A DNA stretch of 64,000 bases from Escherichia phage vB_EcoM_ASO2A: the sequence record MZ726793.1. One strand, written 5' to 3'. Positions 44,863-55,996 of this stretch are shown piece after piece; the stretch's first letter is position 1, and each line of letters opens with the position of its first letter. The position numbers and the translations under genes were made by a program. The notes under the pieces are model-generated. The model searched no databases, was not told the origin of the DNA, and was given only the letters and a program-made list of their open reading frames with translations.

Positions 44863-46851
44863 TTGTTAGAAATTAACGCCTCCAAAATTAGTAACGTGGT
44901 TACGTTTAAGGTGGACAAGAACAGTCTCAAGGAAGCAAAAGATGCCGTGTTGAGTGTTCAGAAGTTTGCAAATAAAATGCAACCCACTATGAACATGACC
45001 AAGTTTAGACAACAAATGAAAGAGATTGAGCGTGAACTTAAGAAAGCTCAAACTCAAAGTCAAAAACCTATGCGAGCACCTACTCCCGCTGGAGCGGGTG
45101 CTCCTGTAGGCGGATCTGGTAGACCTAGAACTCCTAAAACCCCGCAAGGAAGAGAAGAAGAAAAAGCTCGTAAAGCTGCTGAACGCGAAGCTAAAGCAGC
45201 AGCACGTAGGGAAGATTTAGGTAATCTTCGTTTGCAGAACTTTAACTACAGAGCAAGAGCATTTAGTAAAGCCAGTCCTGGCGCTATGCAAGAAGCTAGA
45301 GACGTTATGGGTAAAGCTGTAGAGCAATACAAAAAGGGTGAAATAACTCTTCAACGTATGAACCAAGCTCTTGCTCACCAGTTAGATGCCTTACGCAGAT
45401 CTCATCGTGAAAAGAATGCTGAAATAGAAGACGAGGTTCGCGGTCGTCGCCGTATTCGTAGAGAGCTAGAAGCAGAAGCTAAAATGCGTATACGTATGCG
45501 AAATCGTGAACTTAGAGATATAGAACGCAACCGTAAGCGTGAATTAGCTCAACAAAAACGTGATCGTGATCGTCGATATGGACAATTAAAAGAAGGTGCA
45601 GCAGGTCTTAATCCACGCATGATTGCATCCTCTTTAATAGGTGCTGGGCTGTTTGCAGGTGGTTCTGTAGTTGGTAACACGTTGATGAATACTAACGAAA
45701 GAATTAAACTTGTAAGTCGTGGTGCTGAAAACGTTCAGACAAACGCCAACGCTATTTTGGCAATGACAGCTTGGGGTGAACAGAACGGTGTAGACTCTGC
45801 AAATATTATTAAGTCAATAGATAATATTAAAGACGTTCGTGAACGTCTTGGTAATACAGTTTTAGCCTCAAAATGGAATGAGAAAGAAGGGAAGTGGAAA
45901 GGCGGTGATAATGGCATAAATGACATTATGAACTTGTTTGGATGGAATCCAGAACAGCTTAAACCTTTACAGAACGATCCTTTAGCTTTTATTCAGGCTA
46001 CTGTTAATGAAGGTGAGCGTCGAGGTATGAACTCTGCTCAAATCGGGCGACTTCTTGAAAACCTTGGTGATGACCTTATGCACTACCAACGTATGTTTAG
46101 TAAAAACGGCGAAGGGTATAATGAAGTATTGAAAATGCTTCAAAGAACAGGTGCAACATTAACTCAAGAACAAATAGATGCTTCTAAAGAGTTTACTCGT
46201 TTTGCTGCAACAGTTCAGCTTGTAGGTCAAGGTATGCAGAACCACTTCTTAGAGGGTTTTGTGAAAGCCTTACCTAAAGATGATTCTTGGTTGGATAATG
46301 TTAAAGTGCTAGATCAGTTTGCCAAAGATTTAGGTGAAGAACTCGGTAAGACAACAGTTCAATTAGGAGGTTTTGCTAAAGAATTGGGAGATGGTTTCGG
46401 ATCTTTTACCAATTGGCTTAAAGAAACATTCCCAGATACATTCGGAGATAACACAGATCCTAATAAATCTATGGCACAAAAAGCATACGAGGCAACGCAA
46501 AGTGGAGATAGCAATCCTGTAGCAGATTGGTTGTACAATTTAACAGGTATTGATACACAAGATATTGGTCGTATGTGGAGAGGAGAACAAACAAGGACAC
46601 GTGCTTTTGGATTTGGTAATCCTCTTGAAGATTTACGTGAATCAGCCTATACACCTAACGTAAGTTTGGCTCGTAATCAACCTGTTGTTGAGAATACGGT
46701 AGCAATACCAAGTGATCTTATCAAAGTTACGATCAGCCCTTCTTCAGAGTTTGGAAATATTCTTGATGCAAGAATTCAAAATAGCGGAAATAGCATTTTC
46801 CAACGTTTGTCTCTTTCAACTCTAAGTGGACAATCTAACACTGGTGGTTAA
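44863..46851 (+). CDS. tail tape measure protein (TTG start)
   Basis: 662 aa, Arg/Lys/Glu-rich coiled-coil N-terminal third, follows chaperone genes. Confidence 0.65.
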   Translation: MLEINASKISNVVTFKVDKNSLKEAKDAVLSVQKFANKMQPTMNMTKFRQQMKEIERELKKAQTQSQKPMRAPTPAGAGAPVGGSGRPRTPKTPQGREEEKARKAAEREAKAAARREDLGNLRLQNFNYRARAFSKASPGAMQEARDVMGKAVEQYKKGEITLQRMNQALAHQLDALRRSHREKNAEIEDEVRGRRRIRRELEAEAKMRIRMRNRELRDIERNRKRELAQQKRDRDRRYGQLKEGAAGLNPRMIASSLIGAGLFAGGSVVGNTLMNTNERIKLVSRGAENVQTNANAILAMTAWGEQNGVDSANIIKSIDNIKDVRERLGNTVLASKWNEKEGKWKGGDNGINDIMNLFGWNPEQLKPLQNDPLAFIQATVNEGERRGMNSAQIGRLLENLGDDLMHYQRMFSKNGEGYNEVLKMLQRTGATLTQEQIDASKEFTRFAATVQLVGQGMQNHFLEGFVKALPKDDSWLDNVKVLDQFAKDLGEELGKTTVQLGGFAKELGDGFGSFTNWLKETFPDTFGDNTDPNKSMAQKAYEATQSGDSNPVADWLYNLTGIDTQDIGRMWRGEQTRTRAFGFGNPLEDLRESAYTPNVSLARNQPVVENTVAIPSDLIKVTISPSSEFGNILDARIQNSGNSIFQRLSLSTLSGQSNTGG

Positions 46852-46858
46852 TAAAATA

Positions 46859-46882
46859 CCTCGCTTCGGCGGGGTTTTTTCG
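46859..46882 (+). terminator. intrinsic terminator after tape measure gene
   Basis: CCTCGC-TTCG-GCGGGG followed by TTTTTT. Confidence 0.65.
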
Positions 46883-46888
46883 TTTCCC

Positions 46889-46918
46889 TTGACACGAAGT
46901 TTCTATATGTGTTACAAT
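46889..46918 (+). promoter_or_regulatory. sigma70-like promoter for baseplate operon
   Basis: TTGACA-N17/18-TACAAT. Confidence 0.5.
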
Positions 46919-46977
46919 AATCAATATGGGAAGATCTTGCATCTTCCTTTTGGCATTATCATTACTACGAGGTTATC

Positions 46978-47679
46978 ATGGCAGCAATGACTCCACAACA
47001 GTCGGTGAGAGCCGTCTATAAGGCAGAACAGGAAATCAACTCTACCGAGAATAAAAATACCTCGGCATCTACTGTAAAGGGTGATAATGGTTTCTGCATT
47101 TTAGCAAGTGTTTATAATAGTTCAAGTGATCAATACATTCAAAACTTTAAAGCAATTACTTTCGATTCGGTCCCTGAAGTAGGTGTAACTCGTGAGGCAG
47201 ATGTTACAAGTTTTCCAGTAGAATCAGGATCGGATGTAAGTGACCACGTTCAAATAAAAAACAACAGATTTAAACTTTCAGGTATAATTACCGAAACACC
47301 AATTCGGCTTATGCGAGATCAATTATACAGTGCAGGTGTAAATGGGGCAAGGATTTCTCAAGCAATAGAATATCTAGATCAAATATTTGAGTCAAGACAA
47401 CCAATAGTTCTTTTGACAGAACACAGGACTTTTGAAAATGTTATTCTCAAAGGCTACTCTTATGATTATAAATCTGAATTTGCTATGCAATTTGATTTAG
47501 AGTTTGAACAAATCCGTCTCGTTTCTAAGGCCACTACTAATGCTATTGCTGTAAAAACAGCACCAAATAAATCGACTGGTGGTGATGTGAAAGGTCAAGT
47601 TGCTTCGAATGGTCCTAAGTCAGATATTACAGTAAGAACTGCTGAAGCTACTAATACCCCAACAAACAACGGAGGTTAA
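46978..47679 (+). CDS. tail/baseplate protein (233 aa)
   Basis: Position. Confidence 0.35.
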   Translation: MAAMTPQQSVRAVYKAEQEINSTENKNTSASTVKGDNGFCILASVYNSSSDQYIQNFKAITFDSVPEVGVTREADVTSFPVESGSDVSDHVQIKNNRFKLSGIITETPIRLMRDQLYSAGVNGARISQAIEYLDQIFESRQPIVLLTEHRTFENVILKGYSYDYKSEFAMQFDLEFEQIRLVSKATTNAIAVKTAPNKSTGGDVKGQVASNGPKSDITVRTAEATNTPTNNGG

Positions 47680-47681
47680 TA

Positions 47682-48095
47682 GTGACAACTTATTCTAAAA
47701 CAACAAGGTCTACAAGTAATACAGGCTACAGTGCAGTTTATCTAGAGGACCATTCTACTTATTTTGCATGGTATCTGAAAACTGAAGAGTATCCTGATCA
47801 AACATATACAGTTACATTGGATGGAGTTGATTATGACATTCGTTTAAGGTGGAACACTAGGGACGAGTCTTGGCAATGTCAGATTGGATTATCTGGAGAT
47901 GATCCAAGTATAAGTTTCAAAGTTACAAATGGTTTAGATCTTCTTAAACCTTATAAATATCTTGAAAGTGTGCCAGATGGTCAATTGTATATAGTAGATA
48001 CAGTTAAGATTAATGGTCGTCCTGGGTATACAACTACAGGTCGAGATAAACGTTTTGTATTGGTTTATATTGATAACAAACCTAATCAGGCGTAA
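47682..48095 (+). CDS. tail/baseplate protein (137 aa)
   Basis: Position. Confidence 0.35.
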   Translation: MTTYSKTTRSTSNTGYSAVYLEDHSTYFAWYLKTEEYPDQTYTVTLDGVDYDIRLRWNTRDESWQCQIGLSGDDPSISFKVTNGLDLLKPYKYLESVPDGQLYIVDTVKINGRPGYTTTGRDKRFVLVYIDNKPNQA

Positions 48096-48104
48096 GGAGA
48101 TAAT

Positions 48105-49115
48105 ATGGCAGAAAGAGAGTATACAAAAGCTCCTGCCCCTAATTTAAACAGGGCATACAAATTATTAATTGGTTCTGCCACAAACACAATACAGAAGAGA
48201 ACTAAGAACTCGGCATTTAAATCTACAGTAGATTTGGATACCAAGTTAGGAACAACAGAAAAATCCTCTTCTAATTTGTATTTGTTGCAAGACCATCAAA
48301 TAACCTTCAGTATTAAGAAAGATAATAACAAAGATCCTAACCAAGCAGAGATTGTAGTTTATAACCTTTCGGATGATACTGTTAACTATATAAACCGTGG
48401 TATCCGAAATAACTTGGCTGTTGCTTTAGCGGTAGGATACGAAGGTGAAGAGTTGGTTATGGTCTTCAAAGGAACTATCCAGTGGGTTAGTGATACTTTT
48501 GACTCGGTAGACAGGAAAACCACTTTACACTGTTTAGATGGCGGTATTAACATTGCAGAAGCAAGAACAAGCCGCAGTTATCCAAAAGGAACTAAAATCA
48601 AACGTGTTGTGACAGATTTGGTAAAGGATTTAGGAACTACAGAAGGTAATATACACGTAGATAATGATCAAACCTTATCCTCAGCAACAGCTATGTGTGG
48701 AAACACTTCACATTACCTAGAACATATTTGTAAAAGTATTGATCACAATGTGTCAATACAAGATGGATCTGTTTATGTCACTCCTCGTTCACAAATGTCT
48801 AGTGCACGTAGCGCCTACATTAGCCCTGAAACTGGTCTGATAGGAAGTCCAGAACCATTCCACAACGATATAAAACCTACTAAAAAAGTTACCAAGTCAT
48901 CTAAGAAGGCAAAGAAACCTACAGATGGTGTTAAATTCAAATGCCAAATGAATGGTGCAATATTACCAGAAAAAACAATCTGGTTAAAAAGCCGAGATTA
49001 TGATGGTCCATTTAAAGTTGTTTCTGTTTCTCACAATGGTGATAAAGAGGGTAAAGAGTGGGTTACTGAAGTGGAGTGTGTATCCGTGTCTGAAATAATG
49101 ACTAAGGAGAAATAA
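48105..49115 (+). CDS. baseplate hub-like protein (336 aa)
   Basis: Position upstream of spike gene. Confidence 0.35.
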   Translation: MAEREYTKAPAPNLNRAYKLLIGSATNTIQKRTKNSAFKSTVDLDTKLGTTEKSSSNLYLLQDHQITFSIKKDNNKDPNQAEIVVYNLSDDTVNYINRGIRNNLAVALAVGYEGEELVMVFKGTIQWVSDTFDSVDRKTTLHCLDGGINIAEARTSRSYPKGTKIKRVVTDLVKDLGTTEGNIHVDNDQTLSSATAMCGNTSHYLEHICKSIDHNVSIQDGSVYVTPRSQMSSARSAYISPETGLIGSPEPFHNDIKPTKKVTKSSKKAKKPTDGVKFKCQMNGAILPEKTIWLKSRDYDGPFKVVSVSHNGDKEGKEWVTEVECVSVSEIMTKEK

Positions 49116-49849
49116 TGGATGCATTAAATTTTGTCACAGCAATGCGTGGCTTAATGACAGAACAATTAGCAGAAGTCCATACAGCCCTGCCAGTCCGTGT
49201 GACTGGCGTTAATTATGGTGCTAAAACTGTCACTTTAGAATCTATTGTTAAAAACACACGATCTAGTGAAGATGAAATAGATTACCCTACTTTTGAAGAT
49301 GTTCCTTTTATGGTTAATGGGGGTGGGACAGGAAGAATCTCATTCCCTATTAAAGCTGGCGATTTAGGAACTGTTATATTTTCTGAAAGAGATCCTTCTA
49401 ATGCACTGCAAACTAGTGGAGAAACCTCTTCATCATCCACTTTTATGCAGCCTTGTGGATTATACCCTATTTGTTTTATTCCCAAAATAGCTACAGGAAC
49501 AGATTCAACAGAAGCTGTAGATTCTGAAAAGGTAGTTATTTCTAATAACAAAAACACGTACGCTTCTTTCGACCCTACAGGTAATATTTCAATATGGAAT
49601 AGTCAAGGGATGAAAATAGATATTACTACCTCCGGTATTACTATTACAGATGGCACAGGGACTTTGGATCTAAAAGGTGGTAATTTAACTTTCAAAGGCG
49701 GCGTGGCAGATATCAATGGTCTTAAAATAGATCAGAACGGTTTGATGACAGATGGTAATGGCATCGGATTCCATACTCACACGCACACGGTTCGTAACAT
49801 TCAGAGCGGTAGCTCAAGTGCCGAGTCCTTAAAACCAACAGGAGCCTAA
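49115..49849 (+). CDS. baseplate central spike protein
   Basis: C-terminal Gly/Thr-rich repeat region ending in GIGFHTHTHTV, an HxH-type motif of the kind reported at spike tips. Confidence 0.5.
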   Translation: MDALNFVTAMRGLMTEQLAEVHTALPVRVTGVNYGAKTVTLESIVKNTRSSEDEIDYPTFEDVPFMVNGGGTGRISFPIKAGDLGTVIFSERDPSNALQTSGETSSSSTFMQPCGLYPICFIPKIATGTDSTEAVDSEKVVISNNKNTYASFDPTGNISIWNSQGMKIDITTSGITITDGTGTLDLKGGNLTFKGGVADINGLKIDQNGLMTDGNGIGFHTHTHTVRNIQSGSSSAESLKPTGA

Positions 49850-49850
49850 C

Positions 49851-50477
49851 ATGGGAATCCCTTTTGACTTAAAGCTTGGACCAAACAACGACCTCATCAT
49901 GGATGATGGGGATTTGGTCCTCACTACAACCAGAACAGAAATTGCAGCACAAACTCTTGGGATAACTCTGAACACGTATCGTGGGGAGTGGTTTTTAAAT
50001 ACTAACTTCGGTGTTCCTTACTTACAAGAGATTATTGGTGTTGCCAGAAAGAAAGATATTGTAGACAGAATATTTTTAGCAGAGATTGCCAAAAACGTTT
50101 ACATAGATACAATAAACAGTTATAAATCTGCTTATGATATGGATCAACGTTATTACTCAATGACAGTTATGGTCACAGTTGGAGCAGATACAGTAACATC
50201 TATATTCAATACTCAACCTTCTGAAGAGTTTATTTACCCTGAAGCTGGTGAAGACAATGCAGCGATCATTTGTGAAGCTTACAGTATTGTTGAGAATTCG
50301 AATAGACTTTATCGCTTTATCAACTTTGTTGGTTTGCCACGTGATACCTACTCTACTTGGTGGAATGAATGGTCTACAGAGTCAGCAGTGGAAAGAATCA
50401 TGGTTAACGAAAAAGGTGATGCATTAACTACAAACAATAATTTCGGTATAACAGCTATGACAGGAGTAGAAGAGTAA
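49851..50477 (+). CDS. baseplate protein (208 aa)
   Basis: Position. Confidence 0.35.
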   Translation: MGIPFDLKLGPNNDLIMDDGDLVLTTTRTEIAAQTLGITLNTYRGEWFLNTNFGVPYLQEIIGVARKKDIVDRIFLAEIAKNVYIDTINSYKSAYDMDQRYYSMTVMVTVGADTVTSIFNTQPSEEFIYPEAGEDNAAIICEAYSIVENSNRLYRFINFVGLPRDTYSTWWNEWSTESAVERIMVNEKGDALTTNNNFGITAMTGVEE

Positions 50478-50950
50478 TGGCAGATTTAACTACGATCAAA
50501 ATTTCTGATCTTACACAAACAACCTCTGTGTCTGATACAGATTTCTTTGTAACAGATCAGGCTGGAATAACAAAGAAAACTTCTTTGAAAGTGTTGTTGA
50601 GTGGTGCAGGGGTAACTAGAAACCGTCTGAATGCACGGGGAACAGTAACTAGCACCCTGGCATTAGATATTAGTTCGGCAGAATATTTTTCAGCAACTTT
50701 ATCTTCTGCAACGTGCACAATTAGTTTTACTAATATTCCAGTAGCAACAAATGCAGTTTTAAACTTTACTTTAGCTTTGCGTCAAGGAAGTGGTGCAAAT
50801 AAAGTCGTATGGCCTTCTTCTGTAAAATGGAGTTTTGGTCGTTCCCCAGTTTTGAGTTATCGTCAAGGTGCAACAGACACTTTTGAGTTTATCAGTTATG
50901 ATAATGGAGCAACTTGGACAGGTAGCTTAGTTTTAGCAGGAGTTATTTAA
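50477..50950 (+). CDS. baseplate/tail protein (157 aa)
   Basis: Position. Confidence 0.35.
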   Translation: MADLTTIKISDLTQTTSVSDTDFFVTDQAGITKKTSLKVLLSGAGVTRNRLNARGTVTSTLALDISSAEYFSATLSSATCTISFTNIPVATNAVLNFTLALRQGSGANKVVWPSSVKWSFGRSPVLSYRQGATDTFEFISYDNGATWTGSLVLAGVI

Positions 50951-53826
50951 TGTCAAGAGTTAAGCACAATATTGACAACACGTTTCAGTTGATTGAAGGG
51001 TTGGTTCAGTTTTTGGAAAGAAATACTGGGCTTACCATAGATCCTACGGTTCAGCATTACATTATCAACCCACAAAACGTATTGGCGAACAACAGACACT
51101 TTATTAACTGGACAGCGCAGGAAGGGCAACCAAACGGTGACGCTACTACCGAAGGTCAATCTGTGCTTATCACTGGTTTTGCTTATGCATATTTGGCTAC
51201 AGGGGATAAAAAATATCTTGAATCTGCCGAGAAGTATTGGCAAGCCTATATAGATCACTTCTTCGGGGGCCAACCTATTCCTGATCCTCCGGCTAAATAT
51301 CGTCCCAACTGGATCATCAATGGTAAAGAACCACGTTTAGCACATTACCCTCTCACAGATGATGGGTATCCTACGCACGGTGGGTTCAAAGGTAGCATGA
51401 TGACTTGGATTAACGGAAGGACTGTTATTCCTAAAGGTGCGCCACACTGGGGAGAATACTTAGATAAAGCTTGGTTTGCTTTCAATGGTAATCTTGGTTG
51501 GAACTCTGTTAACGCAACAGTGTATGCAACTAACCCAGATGGTTCAACCAACTGGAAAGAATATGGAGATCAGTGGGACGTTGAATGGATTATAGACCGT
51601 CTAGGACGTAAAGTTGATTGGGATGGTAACATTTTATCTACTGGTCATAGCTTTGCAGAATATGGAACAGTGCAACTTAAAAATGCTTCTGTGAACGGGG
51701 ACTATAAATTCAACTACGCTACATGCAATCCTGTAGAACACGGTGGATATCTGCTTAAGCGTAATGAGATGTGGCATAACCGTCCTGTAAACGTTCCGGT
51801 AGAGTTAGGCTATCAAGATAATGCTTCCGATGCTGAAACGTGGTGGTGTGATGCAAACTACTTGATGTATCAGATCACAGGAGAGAGAAAATACTGGCTT
51901 TGCTGGCAATCTTCTTTATTGTTGTGTCAAGACTACTCAAACATCGATATGTTTGATAAATTCTTCCGTAGATCTACGACAGCAATAATTCCTTTTACAG
52001 ATGGTATCTCGTATGATTACTCATACCCATCTACAGCAATACCTAAATATTCTCGTGACGAATTAGGATACACAGTAATTCGCCAAGATGTTTCAGCACA
52101 AACAACTCTAGAACAACAGGCAGTTTGGTTCAGAGTGGATCAGAATTCAAAACTTCGTATTGAGTTTCAAGGTGTAGATGATGCAGGGGAAGGTGTTCTT
52201 TTCCGTCCAGAGTTAGAATTAAGCAAAACTAAGAGTGAAACAGATACAGTTACATATCGTTGTGGCTTACCTCTTGGTGCAGCTAATATGACTAAGATGG
52301 ATATACCTTTATCCAGTTTTATGCGCACTGAACCTCCTGGAGGCGGTGTATATATTATTGCTGAACCTAGAATCATTGTTGACTGGGGAAGCAATACTGT
52401 GATACAATATAAATATGCAACTGGTATTGCTGGGACAAATAGTGATCAGATAGTTTCTGCTAATATGGATTCAGATGGTGGTTTTACTGTTGGGTTTTGG
52501 TTAACACCAACTAAAACAGCCAATTTAAAATCTATTACATATCGTTCATACGCAGATGATTTTAACATCACTATTACGGATTCCGCAGGTTGGAGATGGT
52601 GGGCCATGTTAGAAAAAACAAATTCTACATGGGTTACTAAAGCTTTAAGTCCTGCTGATTTCAAATTAAGCACTTGGCAACCCAATCATAACGACACAGA
52701 GACAAAACCTTCGTCAATAAACCTGACTGCTGTTGATCAGATCAACATTGCATTGGATTCTGAACCTGCAAATGGCTTGACAGGGGCAATCGATTTTTAT
52801 TGTGTTAACGATATCCCATCTTTGTATTCTTCAGCCGCTGGTGATGATTACACAATGTATTTCAGGGTTACAGTTTCATCTGAAAATCCTTATACAGCAA
52901 AACTTGGAGATTGTACAATACTGGACTACAAACTTGACAGTTTGAATTATACTCCAGGAATCATTCCATTTTCCAATATTAGTGATCCTAACACAGCATT
53001 ATATGACGGTTGGCGTGGTATTCCTTACCCAGGTTATCAATACCCATCCTTATATTGTTTTAAAGGGAGAGATATTGACTGGGTTCGTATGAACAACAGT
53101 ATAGACTTTTTATATGATTCACAAATGTGGTTTTATAATAAGTTTGCCCCTGTAATGCCTGGGCCAATGGCACAAGCTTATGTTTGGGATCGTTGGGATG
53201 CTCATAAATATGGAAACAAAAATGAGTTCACAATGTATCATTGGAACGATAAAGCTTGGGATGGTTATGAAGCACGAGCATTCTTCTGTGCGTGTCATAC
53301 GGTATACGAACTAAAGCGACAAGGAGCCGAAGTTCCTGAAAAACTTTTAACAGTTTGTAAAAACTGGATCAACTACCTGAAGTGGTTCCAAGATAACAAC
53401 GAAGGAAGAACACCAACAATATTTTATCCCAACGGAGAAGTGGCTGCGCCTGTAGATGACTTTACAAGTCACATGTCTGCGCTCTTTATGGCGGGATGTG
53501 CTATAATGGGGATGGCTGGATATGATTCAGAAATCCCTAACATTAAAATAGTAGCAGACCGCTGTTTTGAACTTATTCAGGAAAACTATATTGTTCTTGG
53601 TCCTAATCACGTTATGAATGGTTGTTGGAGTGCTGCTCCTAGACCAGACAGTGATAACGGAGTCTTCTTTGGCTTCCACGCTGGAGAGTTGTTACGTGGT
53701 TTTGGGTTGTATGCTTTATACAAAAAACTTAGTCCCCAAAATGCATTACCTGTTTTGGATTCGAGCAATATTCCTGCACTTACTGTTTTGACAATGGCAA
53801 ACATTAGTGTGGACGTTACCGAGTAA
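50950..53826 (+). CDS. large tail-associated protein (958 aa), possible polysaccharide-degrading tailspike
   Basis: Size, Trp/Tyr-rich, first of three consecutive large genes in the tail module. Confidence 0.4.
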   Translation: MSRVKHNIDNTFQLIEGLVQFLERNTGLTIDPTVQHYIINPQNVLANNRHFINWTAQEGQPNGDATTEGQSVLITGFAYAYLATGDKKYLESAEKYWQAYIDHFFGGQPIPDPPAKYRPNWIINGKEPRLAHYPLTDDGYPTHGGFKGSMMTWINGRTVIPKGAPHWGEYLDKAWFAFNGNLGWNSVNATVYATNPDGSTNWKEYGDQWDVEWIIDRLGRKVDWDGNILSTGHSFAEYGTVQLKNASVNGDYKFNYATCNPVEHGGYLLKRNEMWHNRPVNVPVELGYQDNASDAETWWCDANYLMYQITGERKYWLCWQSSLLLCQDYSNIDMFDKFFRRSTTAIIPFTDGISYDYSYPSTAIPKYSRDELGYTVIRQDVSAQTTLEQQAVWFRVDQNSKLRIEFQGVDDAGEGVLFRPELELSKTKSETDTVTYRCGLPLGAANMTKMDIPLSSFMRTEPPGGGVYIIAEPRIIVDWGSNTVIQYKYATGIAGTNSDQIVSANMDSDGGFTVGFWLTPTKTANLKSITYRSYADDFNITITDSAGWRWWAMLEKTNSTWVTKALSPADFKLSTWQPNHNDTETKPSSINLTAVDQINIALDSEPANGLTGAIDFYCVNDIPSLYSSAAGDDYTMYFRVTVSSENPYTAKLGDCTILDYKLDSLNYTPGIIPFSNISDPNTALYDGWRGIPYPGYQYPSLYCFKGRDIDWVRMNNSIDFLYDSQMWFYNKFAPVMPGPMAQAYVWDRWDAHKYGNKNEFTMYHWNDKAWDGYEARAFFCACHTVYELKRQGAEVPEKLLTVCKNWINYLKWFQDNNEGRTPTIFYPNGEVAAPVDDFTSHMSALFMAGCAIMGMAGYDSEIPNIKIVADRCFELIQENYIVLGPNHVMNGCWSAAPRPDSDNGVFFGFHAGELLRGFGLYALYKKLSPQNALPVLDSSNIPALTVLTMANISVDVTE

Positions 53827-53834
53827 GGGGTAAA

Positions 53835-55988
53835 ATGAAACAAGCTATATTTACTGTCACGCGAGACAAGAGAGTAAATGCGAGTTCATTTAACTACACG
53901 ACTGTTGACGGAACAGCAGTCGCTGGTAGAGATTATATTGCAAAATCGGGAACACTTGTGTTCCCTGATGATGCTGATTCTGCTACTATTGTGGTTGAAG
54001 TATTTGAACGACCAAAGAACTCAATAGATCTTAACTTCTCCCTCCAAGTTTCAGGGATTAGTCAAAATAACATGATGGTTGAAACAACCATCAATTGTAT
54101 TATAACTACTATCCAAGAAAATACTACTCCAATAACTTGGACTACAAAAGACGTTAAAATGTTCTCTCCTATGTATTGGACAATAGATTCTCAAGCAACG
54201 GAAAGTTGTTCTATTGTATCTCATGGAGACTCTTTTACTGCAAGATTTGTAAACAGAACAACAGCAGGTTTGGCAGGGGTTATCTGGAGTACAGTTGACA
54301 AATATGACCATAAAGGTGTTGGGTATTTGCCTCACACAGATTTAAGTTCAGAGAAACTTTGGTTTAAAATGGAAATTAGTCAAAACATGCCAGGTTTTAA
54401 AGAAGAACCTTTGGTGCCGACTTTGACTGTAACTCTCCTGGATAAAAGTGTTCATTATGTCAGTTTAGGATTCTACGCTTCAGATATTTCAGAAGATGGT
54501 AAAACAGCAACAATAAAGTTAGATTTTGGTAATATCTTTTCTGGCCCTAATAATGATATTCCTTTGGATATGAGTGCTGTAGATAATATTTTCTTCTCTT
54601 TGATTACAGCAAGGTATGAAGAAATAGAAGAGGTTGTACCTATTGGCAGTCAAGAGGCTTGGTTTACTTTCACTCTTCTTGAACCTACCTCTGGTTATAG
54701 TATGATGAAAGTCAGCAACCTTGTCCAGCCTGAACATGATATTCGCATGTGCACATCTTATGATGATATGTATAACCTGACTCCAGAGAGAGTTATTTAT
54801 AATACATATGCACTAGGTTATCGTGGAATGATTAACCATTACAACGGAATGTCTCACTATTATGAGTTCTCATGGAACGGAACATCTTGGGCTTTAAATA
54901 GATCTGTCTTCCTGAATCCAGCTACAGAAGCTTGGCTAAATAGTTTCCATTCTATAGCGAACGAGAAGGGTTACACAATAATGAACTCTTTAAGTTTTGA
55001 GTTGATGAGCACAGTTTGTCCTGTTGAATGGGTCCAGCATGATTGGAACGATGCTCTTGCAGCAACAGGGTATAAGCCTCCTAGTTACGTGTTGTCTCCA
55101 ACTATTGACGAAGGCATGGAATATTTGCAAAATGTTATTAACAAAATAGCATCTATTTCTCAAGCTAACAATATTCCAGTCGTCATTCAAATTGGTGAAC
55201 CTTGGTGGTGGTATAATACAGCAAGTAAAATGCCTTGCATATACGATTACACTACCAAACTGGCATTCAACACAGAAACTGGCTTATTTGCACAAGATGC
55301 AGGAACAATAGATAATTATAAAACAGGAACGCCGTTTGACGAATATTATGCGTTTTTGTCTCGTAAACTAGGATTAAGAGTTACAAAGTTTGCAACAGAT
55401 ACTAGAGCATCTTACCCAGGAGCTAAAGTAACATTGCTTCCGTTCTTACCATCGATTATCGGCAACGGTTTGATGGAGAAAGTTAACTTTCCGTCTGATT
55501 ACTACATTCCTGAAGCTTTTGATTTTTACTGTTCAGAGTGTTACGACTGGCTTCTGGAAGGTAAGATGATGAAAGCATTTGATGCAATTACCATACCACA
55601 TGAAAAATTAGGTTTTGAATATTCTGATATTCACTATCTTTCAGGTTTTGTTCCAGATGCTACTCTTGCGCCTTTGTATGGCTTCGATCCTGAATCAAAC
55701 TACCGCACGTATCTTTGGAAAATGATTATAGGTAATATAGTGTTGAACGCCAACAAGTTTAACGGACTTACACAATATATATGGGCCTATCCTCAAATAA
55801 TGCACGATTCCATTACGGTAGTTAACTCTCAATCCCAAGTTTTCTATATGGGTAATGTGCCTTTGAATTGTTATTTGCAAGATATCAATCTTAAACAAGC
55901 AAATGTTGAGATTGCTACCATAAGTGGAATTACATTAGCTACTAAATCTGGAGAAGATTTAGTAACAACACAAAAATTTTATATATAG
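53835..55988 (+). CDS. tail protein with N-terminal Calx-beta-like domain (717 aa)
   Basis: NYTTVDGTAVAGRDYIAKSGTLVFPDDADSATIVVEV resembles a Calx-beta motif. Confidence 0.4.
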   Translation: MKQAIFTVTRDKRVNASSFNYTTVDGTAVAGRDYIAKSGTLVFPDDADSATIVVEVFERPKNSIDLNFSLQVSGISQNNMMVETTINCIITTIQENTTPITWTTKDVKMFSPMYWTIDSQATESCSIVSHGDSFTARFVNRTTAGLAGVIWSTVDKYDHKGVGYLPHTDLSSEKLWFKMEISQNMPGFKEEPLVPTLTVTLLDKSVHYVSLGFYASDISEDGKTATIKLDFGNIFSGPNNDIPLDMSAVDNIFFSLITARYEEIEEVVPIGSQEAWFTFTLLEPTSGYSMMKVSNLVQPEHDIRMCTSYDDMYNLTPERVIYNTYALGYRGMINHYNGMSHYYEFSWNGTSWALNRSVFLNPATEAWLNSFHSIANEKGYTIMNSLSFELMSTVCPVEWVQHDWNDALAATGYKPPSYVLSPTIDEGMEYLQNVINKIASISQANNIPVVIQIGEPWWWYNTASKMPCIYDYTTKLAFNTETGLFAQDAGTIDNYKTGTPFDEYYAFLSRKLGLRVTKFATDTRASYPGAKVTLLPFLPSIIGNGLMEKVNFPSDYYIPEAFDFYCSECYDWLLEGKMMKAFDAITIPHEKLGFEYSDIHYLSGFVPDATLAPLYGFDPESNYRTYLWKMIIGNIVLNANKFNGLTQYIWAYPQIMHDSITVVNSQSQVFYMGNVPLNCYLQDINLKQANVEIATISGITLATKSGEDLVTTQKFYI

Positions 55989-55996
55989 GAGTAAAA

